From contig LADN01000053.1 in NCBI GenBank assembly GCA_000961585.1, positions 438 to 64,437 of the forward strand: 64,000 nt of DNA, given 5' to 3'. The stretch is from Peptococcaceae bacterium BRH_c4a (GTDB taxonomy: Bacteria; Bacillota; Desulfotomaculia; Desulfotomaculales; Desulfocucumaceae). Below the pieces are notes generated by a model that did no database searches, had not been told where the DNA came from, and saw only the letters and a program-made list of their open reading frames with translations. Below are positions 16,356 through 24,219 of this stretch, piece after piece; positions within the stretch are counted from its first letter, which is position 1; every line of letters begins with the position of its first letter. A program made the position numbers and the translations under genes.

Positions 16356-16757
16356 ATGAAAAATCTGATCAAGGTAGACCAAAAAACACGCCGGGACAAA
16401 ATACTGGAATTGCTTAAATACAGAAACCTGACTCTGGGCGATGTCCGAAAGGCTGCGGGCTTATCCAGGGCCACCATGAGCCGCCTGATGAACAGCCCCG
16501 AAGGCTATGCGCCATCGGAGGACACCATAAAAAAAATTGCCCTGGTACTGGAGGTCAACCCCTTATATCTTAAGGATGAAAATGTTGTGGGCCCGGAGGA
16601 GATTTTTCCCTATCTCACCGAAGATGACATAAAGTTTTTCATGGACCTGAAAAATTTGCCCTTTATAAAGCTCACCAAAGAAATTGCAGCCGAGGGAATA
16701 AGCCCCGATGATATGAGGAAATTAGTGCAAATACTGCTGTCTACCCGGGACGACTAA
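16356..16757 (+). CDS. XRE-family HTH transcription regulator
   Basis: 133 aa. RNLTLGDVRKAAGLSRATMSRLMNSPEG..PSEDTIKKIALVLEVNPLYL is a classic HTH_3 pattern. Confidence 0.6.
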   Translation: MKNLIKVDQKTRRDKILELLKYRNLTLGDVRKAAGLSRATMSRLMNSPEGYAPSEDTIKKIALVLEVNPLYLKDENVVGPEEIFPYLTEDDIKFFMDLKNLPFIKLTKEIAAEGISPDDMRKLVQILLSTRDD

Positions 16758-16760
16758 AAT

Positions 16761-16890
16761 AACCGCCTTGCCGGCGTTGCCGTCTTGCAGACGGCGGAAT
16801 CCAGAATTCAGAATTCAGGAGACAGAATTCTGGTTCGATTAAACAGCATAACAGTCTTTGGTTTTTCCATTCTGAGTTCTGAGTCCCGTC
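16761..16890. repeat. Mosaic intergenic repeat, copy 2
   Basis: Same hairpin module as copy 1, then CCAGAAT/TCAGAAT/TCAGGAG/ACAGAAT (16801-16828) ending in the palindrome CCAGAATTCTGG-like. An inverted ACTCAGA-type tract follows at 16867-16885. The 20 nt TCAGAATTCAGGAGACAGAA (16808-16827) equal the reverse complement of 58759-58778. Confidence 0.85.
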
Positions 16891-16892
16891 TT

Positions 16893-17759
16893 TTAAAAAT
16901 TAATCACCATTCCCTCATATGCAGCGGCGCACTGTATATCATGCTTATTCTGTAAAAACCAGATCTGCGCTTCCTCCTGCAACAGGTCCAACTGTTCATC
17001 GGTGCGGTCAGGATCATGATGATATAGCACCAGGCGCCTGACTCCTGCAGCCACAGCCAGCTCACAGGACTGGCTTATCATGCTGTGCCCCCACCCATGC
17101 TTCAGTGGCATGTCCTGCTGGGTGTACTGGGCATCGTGAATAAGCAAATCTGCATTTTTACAAAAACTGACAAAAGAGTCGAAATCATTTACTTTCCCTT
17201 CGGGAGGATTCAGCTCATTGTCTGTAAGGTATACCACCGTTCGGCCGTCATTCTCAATACGATAACCATAGGCTCCTCCCGGATGGTTGGTGGCTATGCG
17301 GGAAATACAGAAACCGTGCTTTTCCATAAACTCGGATATATCGCTGGTGATAATCTGGTATTTGGACGGCAGGCGATCCATGCTGACCGGAAAATGAGCG
17401 CCATCCATCTGCTTAAACAGGGAATTAAACATAGTTTCGCCCTGTTGATATGGAAACACATATATTACCCTGTCTTTTTGAAAGATAGGTATAAAGAAAG
17501 GAAATCCCTGGATGTGATCCCAGTGAATATGCGTTACAATGACAAATATATCTGTTTTTTGCGCCACCAGTTTTTTGCCCAGTTCACGAATACCCGTCCC
17601 TGCATCAAGAATCAGCGTTTTTTCATTATCCAGGTGAATACTGACACAGGAGGTATTACCCCCATATTTCTTTGTAGATACCCCCGGGCTGGGAATTGAA
17701 CCACGAACTCCCCAGAATTTGACCGCCATTGACTGCTTCATCTTTATCTTCCTCACCAT
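16893..17759 (-). CDS. MBL-fold metallo-hydrolase
   Basis: 288 aa. THIHWDHIQGFPFF (HxHxDH motif) plus downstream His/Asp ligands (NHPGGAYGY, HDAQY, HSM). Confidence 0.8.
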   Translation of the reverse strand: MVRKIKMKQSMAVKFWGVRGSIPSPGVSTKKYGGNTSCVSIHLDNEKTLILDAGTGIRELGKKLVAQKTDIFVIVTHIHWDHIQGFPFFIPIFQKDRVIYVFPYQQGETMFNSLFKQMDGAHFPVSMDRLPSKYQIITSDISEFMEKHGFCISRIATNHPGGAYGYRIENDGRTVVYLTDNELNPPEGKVNDFDSFVSFCKNADLLIHDAQYTQQDMPLKHGWGHSMISQSCELAVAAGVRRLVLYHHDPDRTDEQLDLLQEEAQIWFLQNKHDIQCAAAYEGMVINF

Positions 17760-17802
17760 CAGTTCCCGGCCATTGTTATACTCGCTATTTTATTTTCAAC
17801 AA

Positions 17803-18012
17803 TTAATTACTCTTTCCTTCAGAATGTTTCTTCCCCATTAAAAATATTTTGAGGTTTATTTTTTTGCAATCCGGATCATTTTCCCTGCAAAAGTGCATAA
17901 TATCCTGAAATTCCATATCGCTAAGGTTTTCATTGACAATGAAATCTCTTCCGTTAAACAAATAATATATCTCAAGCCCCAGATTCCTGGTTTTAACCGA
18001 CAAATAAAACAC
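17803..18012 (-). CDS. Hypothetical small protein
   Basis: 69-aa ORF in an AT-rich stretch. No motif was recognised, so it may not be expressed. Confidence 0.2.
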   Translation of the reverse strand: MFYLSVKTRNLGLEIYYLFNGRDFIVNENLSDMEFQDIMHFCRENDPDCKKINLKIFLMGKKHSEGKSN

Positions 18013-18295
18013 TCCTTTGATGTTAAATTATGTTAATTTACATGAGTATACCATAATCGCCTCAAATAAAAACCCTTTTATTGCCAAAACCCTCAAATAG
18101 TGTCTAAGCCGGTATAAATAATGTCCAACACCGGTGAATTTTTCTTTTGTCTGCTAACATGCCATTGTTTTTTGAATCAAACGATCTATAATTTCCATTG
18201 CGGAATAAGGTATAATGAGAACAGGGGTTATTGAAGCCGTTCACAGTCTGAGGCGCAATCCATCTTATCACACGGCCAATGGGAGGAACAATTAT

Positions 18296-18955
18296 ATGAC
18301 CACACCAAACATTGATGAAATATTTCCTCAATCAATGTTAGGTTTCAGACTTAAAGGATCCTCCATTTTTTATTCGTGCACCGTTCTTGAGGCAGATAAA
18401 GACAAAATAGTGATAAACACCCCTATTCTTATGCTAAAACCCTTTGAGATAAACACAAGGGTCGAGCTAAGACTACCGGTAATTTCCGGTGCAGGATCTG
18501 TTCTGTTCAGCGGCACTATTACAGACCTGTCTGCAGACTCCCTGGAAATAAGAATCACATCCAAGCAAGACCATGTTGAAAAAAGGAAAAGCATACGCAT
18601 ATCCAGCGAGGCAAAGATTAAGTACATAGAGGAAAAGGTTCCGGAGGAGGTCTGGCATACCACTTATTCAATTAATATAAGCCACGGAGGTATCAGAATC
18701 TATTCCGCCAGGTTCCATCAGGAAGGCGATGCTCTTATTTTCCAATTTAGCATTCCTGATGGATATTCCAGCAGATTTTTACTGGCGAAGGGCAGGGTTG
18801 TCAATGTAAAAAAAGTTACCGACTACACTTCCCAGTACAATTCCAAAAGCCAGGGCTACCGGCGCTATATTGTCCAGATATGCTTCGAGGGATTATCCCT
18901 CAAAGACTACATAGATATATTAAGATATATTAATACAACTTTAAAAAACAAATAA
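18296..18955 (+). CDS. PilZ domain protein (putative c-di-GMP receptor)
   Basis: RKSIR...INISHGG matches the RxxxR / (D/N)xSxxG PilZ signature. I prefer ATG 18296, which is preceded by GGGAGG, over the ORF-track start at 18215. Confidence 0.6.
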   Translation: MTTPNIDEIFPQSMLGFRLKGSSIFYSCTVLEADKDKIVINTPILMLKPFEINTRVELRLPVISGAGSVLFSGTITDLSADSLEIRITSKQDHVEKRKSIRISSEAKIKYIEEKVPEEVWHTTYSINISHGGIRIYSARFHQEGDALIFQFSIPDGYSSRFLLAKGRVVNVKKVTDYTSQYNSKSQGYRRYIVQICFEGLSLKDYIDILRYINTTLKNK

Positions 18956-19055
18956 GAAAAGCTGACTCAAGTTATTTATACTGTATACAATACCTTCCAT
19001 TAATTGTTTTTTAGACCCTTCAGAGTATAGTTATATTTAACGGAGGTGCCTGAAC

Positions 19056-19559
19056 ATGCTGAACAAAATACTTGATCAAATGAAGATTGTCTTCGGAGAC
19101 GACAGCAGGAGGATAAAGCATGCCCTGGATGTACTAAAATGCGCCTCCTTCTTATGTGATTCGGAATACCCGGCTGGTACCGAAATAAAAAAGACAGTGG
19201 AACTGGCCGCCGTTCTTCATGACATAGGCATAAAACAGGCTGAGGCCCTTTATAACTCGTCCGCCCCAGCCTACCAGCACCTGGAAGGACCGCCCATAGC
19301 CCGCAGCATCCTTAAAAAAACCGGCCTGGCGGAGGATACCATTGAAAGGGTCTGCCATATCATTGGAAACCACCACCTTAAGTCGAAAATAGACGGCATG
19401 GATTTTCAGATCCTGTGGGAAGCCGATCTACTGGTCAATTTGCCTGACTTTCCTGTGCTGAACAGGGATTTTAAAACTTATGAAAAAATGGTTTTTAATA
19501 ACTTCAAAACAGGTACAGGCGCCCAGGCGGCCCTGGATCTACATGGCAGGAATTCATAG
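19056..19559 (+). CDS. HD-domain phosphohydrolase
   Basis: 167 aa. HALDV..., AAVLHDIG and IIGNHH are the metal-ligand motifs of the HD superfamily. Confidence 0.75.
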   Translation: MLNKILDQMKIVFGDDSRRIKHALDVLKCASFLCDSEYPAGTEIKKTVELAAVLHDIGIKQAEALYNSSAPAYQHLEGPPIARSILKKTGLAEDTIERVCHIIGNHHLKSKIDGMDFQILWEADLLVNLPDFPVLNRDFKTYEKMVFNNFKTGTGAQAALDLHGRNS

Positions 19560-19978
19560 CAAAAAACGCCCTGACGAGCGTTGCCGGCTAAGGAAAGGGG
19601 ACACACCTCTCTAGTGTGACTGCCTCCGTGGGTCAGAGGAATGTCCCCGATGCTTAGACGGCGGAAGCCAGAAGCCAGAATTGTGACAGCCTGCCTTAAA
19701 AGCGACCCTCAAGAGACCCCACAGCGACATGCAGTGAGGGGGAGGGGTTTTAGTCCAGGCGGATGCTGGAATAGTCGTCAGTCGTAGGACTTCAGACGTC
19801 GGAATAGTTTCATTTTACCTCTGGTCAAAAGACTTTAAGACCTACGACTGAAGACTGACGACCGACGACTGATACAGCCAGTTCAGCCGGAGGATAAGTA
19901 GATCGGACTCAAACCCCTCCACCGGCCACAGAGTGACCCAGGAGCGACCCTCAAGCGACATGCAGTGAGCTTGCTTCC
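19560..19978. repeat. Composite repeat element A (terminator module, nested hairpin, heptamers, conserved 70-nt block, about 180-nt hairpin, flanking direct motif)
   Basis: The 70-nt block 19675-19744 is the near-identical reverse complement of 27527-27596. A long imperfect hairpin runs 19741-19920, with arms GGAGGGGTTTTAGTCC / GGACTCAAACCCCTCC and internal GACTGAC-type heptamers. The motif GCGACCCTCAAG..CGACATGCAGTGAG occurs on both sides (19702-19737, 19944-19969). Confidence 0.85.
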
Positions 19979-20317
19979 TTATATAGCTGCCTCACCTGTT
20001 TCACCTGTTCTTATCCTGACTGCGGTGTCCACAGGGCTGACAAAAATCTTTCCGTCACCAATTTCTCCCGTCACAGCCGATTTTCTAATCAGATTTACCA
20101 CCGCATCTGCAGTTTCGTCCTTAACAATTACCTCAAGCTTAACCTTGGGCAGCAGGTTGATGGTCAGCTCGGTTCCCCGGTATACCTCTTTACGCCCCTT
20201 CTGAAGCCCGCAGCCCATCACCTGCATAACCGTCATTCCATGTACCCCGAACTGATTTAACGCCTCTTTGACATCTTCCAGTTTTCCAGGCCGAAGTATG
20301 CACTCGATTTTTTTCAT
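19979..20317 (-). CDS. glnB: P-II family nitrogen regulatory protein (orphan paralog)
   Basis: 112 aa from ATG 20317 (AAGGAGA sits 6 nt upstream). [20 protein letters not shown]..., T-loop [14 protein letters not shown], and C-terminal [10 protein letters not shown]...RIRTGE. Confidence 0.9.
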   Translation of the reverse strand: MKKIECILRPGKLEDVKEALNQFGVHGMTVMQVMGCGLQKGRKEVYRGTELTINLLPKVKLEVIVKDETADAVVNLIRKSAVTGEIGDGKIFVSPVDTAVRIRTGETGEAAI

Positions 20318-20352
20318 ATTCATTCTCCTTCTCTATTTTACAGAGATATTAT

Positions 20353-20397
20353 AAAACATAAAGCCCGGCATCTTAATTGCAATTAAGATGCCGGGCT
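20353..20397 (-). terminator. Intrinsic terminator of the zinc-ribbon gene, overlapping a candidate promoter for the orphan P-II gene
   Basis: 17-bp stem AGCCCGGCATCTTAATT / AATTAAGATGCCGGGCT, then TTATGTTTT on the minus strand. Also on the minus strand, TTAAGA-17 nt-TATAAT (the -10 at 20348-20353) overlaps the 3' arm. Confidence 0.7.
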
Positions 20398-20534
20398 ACA
20401 ATGCCCTCAAGCACTCAGCAGTGAGTACTATTTAAAACTTCAAAAACAATATACCATATATTATCTCGAAGATCGCATGCTTTTCTGATTTTTTCAACTG
20501 AGACTCCAAACCATTCCAGGTTTGACTTTACTTA

Positions 20535-20849
20535 TTAATAGTTATAGTTTCTTTGTTTGTTGTTTGCAAAACATTCCCTGCAGTAAACCGGTCTGCTTCC
20601 TGACGGTTCAAACGGTACTTCCGCCTCTTTGCCGCACTCGTCACAAACCACCTTATATAACTGCCTTTGCTGAGTAAGGTTCCCTCCTCTTCCGGAGCCC
20701 TGATTGCGCTGCTTTTTGGCCGCCCTGCAGGAAGCACAGCGGGACGGGTCATTTTGGAATCCTTTGTCCTGGTAAAATTCCTGCTCCCGTACCGTGAACA
20801 AGAACTCTTCCCCGCAATCCTTACATGTCAGCTTCTTGTCTTCAAACAA
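20535..20849 (-). CDS. Double CxxC zinc-ribbon protein
   Basis: 104 aa. CKDCGEEFLFTVREQEFYQDKGF...RCASCR and CDECGKEAEVPFEP...PVYCRECF form two zinc-ribbon repeats separated by a basic/Gly linker. Confidence 0.6.
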   Translation of the reverse strand: MFEDKKLTCKDCGEEFLFTVREQEFYQDKGFQNDPSRCASCRAAKKQRNQGSGRGGNLTQQRQLYKVVCDECGKEAEVPFEPSGSRPVYCRECFANNKQRNYNY

Positions 20850-21327
20850 TGAAATCTCTCCTTATGGTTACTCCCTAAGCAACCTGGACATGACAACAAC
20901 ATACTTTCCCAATAAGGAGAAATTATCGTTGAAGACCTGGCTGATTTTCCCTTAGAGGCACTTTAATTGTAAGATATCTTAAACTAAAAATCAATAAAAT
21001 TGTGCTTACTTTGCCTGCATAATGGCATTTAGCACCTCCCCGGACAACCTCCCGCCGGCAAACTCTCCCTGCCCGAAAACCATGGTGGAAACAAACTGAA
21101 TAATACAAACCAGGAAAAAGGTTACAAAAGCCAATAACAGCATTTGAAAGTTCTCGGTCAGCAATCCGGAAATTAAACTGCCCAGGAGCTTTATACCACT
21201 CACCGGCCAACACCCCCACCGTATGCATATACCATATTTTACCACACAGATGGAGTGTTGGAGCCTTATTTTTTCCACATTATAACGACAAATATTTTTA
21301 GGGCAATAGCCTTACGAGTAAGACCGA

Positions 21328-22779
21328 CTACTGTTTAACCGGGGTCTTCCCTGTGGGCATCACTGTCAAATTCGATGCGGCGGATGACACTCCGCCCCCT
21401 TTGAGCCTGTCCACAAGATCCTTGTATTTTTCCCCATAACCTTCCAGGAACCCTCCCTCATCATCAAGGGGGTAGTACCTGATGAAGATGTAGCTTATGA
21501 GATTAAGCAGTGCGCAAACCGGAAAAATAAGATATATACCGGTGGGATTACCGGCGCTGTAACCAAAATATGCGAAAAGCATAGCCATAATGGCGTTGTT
21601 AGGGGAATCCACAATTCTGAAGATCAGTCCGTGGGTACCTATATATAGGGCTTCCTTGCGCTCCCCGGTAAGATGGCTGTCAAACAGTATAATGTCTGCC
21701 AGCATGGGGTTCTTGACTGTATTGGTAAACATAAAGAAAAAGGCGTATATAAAGGCAAATACCAAAAGGACTGCGAATACCGCCTGTTTAGGCACAAGCA
21801 TAAGAAAACTCATTAGCCCGAAAATTACTGATCCCACCAAAACGCTCCAGGCAAATATACTCTTTTTATTATATTTTTTGGTCAGCAAATTGGCCGCCGG
21901 AATACCTGCCAGCATGCCGGCCAGAAAAAAGACCCCCAGCACAGCGTAGTCCTTGGGGCTTTTGCCGGCTATTTCGGTAAGCAGGTAGGGAACCGCGGCG
22001 GTGAGCGTTATAAAGGAAAGCATCTGGATGCTGTTGGACAGTGCAAACAGGACAAAAATTCTGTTCAGCATTATACCCTTTATTCCCTTGATAAAACCAA
22101 TTTTTTCACCATTTAAATTAACATTTTCCCTTTTTACAACATCCCTTTTTTCGTTTATGGCCACCACCGGGCCCATGGCCAGTATAAACACCATAATTCC
22201 AAAAATCATAGTCATATTGGCAAAACCCAGCTTTTCAAAGGTGGGTCCCTGGGTAAGGTTTACAACACCAATAATTACACCCATAAAAAGCGCTATGCTG
22301 GTTATCTTTACCCTCTCGTTGCTGTCAACGGTTATTTCCGGCGCCAGGGCCAGAACCGGCTGAAACATGACCAGGCTGAATACCGTCATGGCCAGATAAA
22401 AAAAGGAAAAGTATACCGTGTTCAGGGAACTCATTCCAACTTCCACCGGAGGTCTTGAAATCATTATGGTGGCTATGGCGGTAACCAGGGCTCCCAGGAA
22501 TATAAATGGAATTCTCCTCCCCCATCTGGTCCTGGTGTTGTCGCTGATATAGCCTACCACTGGATTTAATAACGCCTCCACTATGCGGGCAAGGGTGGTA
22601 ACCGTTGAAAAGGTAGCAAGGGATACCAAGGCCATTCCCTTACCTTCAGGCGGGCAATACCCGTACATGATCCAGGTGGTCAGAGCAAACACCACCATGT
22701 AAGACTCTCCGCCCATGCTGTACATAATTATCTGCCAGGTTTTAAGATTTCCTTTCAAGGGCTCCTCCACATAAATCAA
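21328..22779 (-). CDS. MFS transporter of the glycoside-pentoside-hexuronide (GPH) type
   Basis: 483 aa with about 12 hydrophobic helices. The GYISDNTRTRWGRRIPF loop motif is typical of GPH/MFS_2 symporters. Confidence 0.75.
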   Translation of the reverse strand: MIYVEEPLKGNLKTWQIIMYSMGGESYMVVFALTTWIMYGYCPPEGKGMALVSLATFSTVTTLARIVEALLNPVVGYISDNTRTRWGRRIPFIFLGALVTAIATIMISRPPVEVGMSSLNTVYFSFFYLAMTVFSLVMFQPVLALAPEITVDSNERVKITSIALFMGVIIGVVNLTQGPTFEKLGFANMTMIFGIMVFILAMGPVVAINEKRDVVKRENVNLNGEKIGFIKGIKGIMLNRIFVLFALSNSIQMLSFITLTAAVPYLLTEIAGKSPKDYAVLGVFFLAGMLAGIPAANLLTKKYNKKSIFAWSVLVGSVIFGLMSFLMLVPKQAVFAVLLVFAFIYAFFFMFTNTVKNPMLADIILFDSHLTGERKEALYIGTHGLIFRIVDSPNNAIMAMLFAYFGYSAGNPTGIYLIFPVCALLNLISYIFIRYYPLDDEGGFLEGYGEKYKDLVDRLKGGGVSSAASNLTVMPTGKTPVKQ

Positions 22780-23201
22780 AGTGAAATGCTGAAACTTACG
22801 GCTAAAAAAGAAACCCGACTGCTTAAACGCCGGAATTTTTTGCTGCCCACTAATCCGCTATTACCGGAACAAAAAATGAATATGTTTCTATTTGCAGATT
22901 AGCCATTCTACTATACCATGTAATTCTAACATGAAACCTTTTTTTTCGGCAATAACTGTTATTTCACACAATATAAACCTGAAATATCCAGAAAACCATC
23001 GCCTTTTGGACAAATGACAAATAATCCGGAAGGTGCTATCATTTGTTTTGAAATTTACCATTTAATACATATTGAGCAACAATTCACTTTCATTTACCAG
23101 AAAAATTATATTGTTTCAACATTTTATTGAAGGATTTTCTCATGGTTTCGGAGAAGAAATACCCCCGTTAATTCTATTAAACTTTCAAGGAGGATTATAA
23201 G

Positions 23202-24113
23202 TTGTTACTGTTGGCTTTTATTTACTTTTCCATTCTTGCCTTCATCGGAATCTCGGCCTACAGGTTTTACCTGTATTCAAGGATGCCCATGCACGGCCGC
23301 TGGGAGTTGTACCCGGTACCCAAAGAACCCGGGGAAAAAGGTCACTATGGCGGATCCTATTATGAAGACCTGGAATGGTGGAACAAACCCAGGATAGTTT
23401 CTCACTTTGGCGAGATGAAAGAAATGCTGAAGGAAATGCTGTTTATTAAAATACTGTTTGTGCACCAACAGCGCCTCTGGTGGATCTCCTACTCCATGCA
23501 TTTGGGTATCTATTTTCTGGGTTTGTGGGCTGTTTTACTACTGGCTGGCGCTGTTACCGAACTATCCGGACTGCCTCTGGTTACCGCCGGGATAGTCAGT
23601 GCCAATCCATGGGCGGGCTTGGTTTATTATGCCACCTTTTTGTCAGGATCAGCCGGAGCTTTGCTGCTAACATTTGGATCAGCCGGCCTCTTTTTAAGAA
23701 GGCTGTTTAACAACACCCTGAGTAAGTATACAACCCCGCAAGAGTATTTTAACCTGCTATTTCTGTTTGCCGTTGCGATATCCGGGCTGGTGGTGTGGAG
23801 TAGCGACCCGGCCTTTCAGTATGGCCGTGATATTTTGAAAGGACTGATTACTGTTTCACCCATACAGGCCGGCACTGCCCTGACAGTTCACATTCTTTTG
23901 CTGGGCGCAGTGATGATCTATATCCCCCAGACCAAAATGAGCCACTACGTGGCCAAGTATTTCTCTTTCCATAAAGTGCTGTGGGAAAATGAACCAAACC
24001 TCAGGAACTCCAAGATGGAGGAGATAGTTAAAAAGGCCATGGGCTATAAACCAAAGGCATCCTGGTCTGCTCCCCATATCAATCCAGGCAACCCGGCCCC
24101 TAAAAAGAGTTGA
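23202..24113 (+). CDS. NarI/DsrM/HmeC-like membrane cytochrome b subunit
   Basis: 303 aa with a TTG start 8 nt after AGGAGG and 5 predicted TM helices. The N-terminal HGRWELYPVP...GGSYYEDLEWW pattern resembles DsrM-type quinol-interacting subunits. It is paired with a CCG-domain Fe-S protein. Confidence 0.55.
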   Translation: MLLLAFIYFSILAFIGISAYRFYLYSRMPMHGRWELYPVPKEPGEKGHYGGSYYEDLEWWNKPRIVSHFGEMKEMLKEMLFIKILFVHQQRLWWISYSMHLGIYFLGLWAVLLLAGAVTELSGLPLVTAGIVSANPWAGLVYYATFLSGSAGALLLTFGSAGLFLRRLFNNTLSKYTTPQEYFNLLFLFAVAISGLVVWSSDPAFQYGRDILKGLITVSPIQAGTALTVHILLLGAVMIYIPQTKMSHYVAKYFSFHKVLWENEPNLRNSKMEEIVKKAMGYKPKASWSAPHINPGNPAPKKS

Positions 24114-24219
24114 AGGAATCAATACTGAAGTAAGTGCGAATAACTGCGTGCTTAATCTGAAGCTTAACTGATCTTCTGCAAAAAAAGAGCTGAAAAATTC
24201 AAGGGGGATAGATAGCCCA

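Noticed and set aside
129-16757. Calling the whole left block an integrative conjugative element or prophage.
   Set aside because: No integrase, relaxase, coupling protein, att-like boundary repeats or tRNA target is visible in the window. The mobile-element interpretation is left as a hypothesis in the findings.
19741-19920. Retron msr/msd-like long hairpin flanked by repeats.
   Set aside because: The flanking repeats are direct rather than the inverted a1/a2 pair. No reverse transcriptase gene is nearby. The same architecture recurs at 27337-27525 next to unrelated genes.
19675-19978. Possible CRISPR-like array, from direct copies of GCGACCCTCAAG...CGACATGCAGTGAG separated by about 200 bp. 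The same pattern occurs at 27279-27580.
   Set aside because: There are only two motif copies per locus. The intervening sequence is a self-complementary hairpin rather than a spacer. The repeats are imperfect and of unequal length, and no cas genes are in the window.
20923-21278. Two overlapping minus-strand ORFs (101 aa and 90 aa) between the zinc-ribbon and MFS genes.
   Set aside because: There are no recognisable motifs and the frames are mutually exclusive. The C-terminal half of the 90-aa ORF is hydrophobic and could be a small membrane protein, but the evidence is too thin to call a gene.
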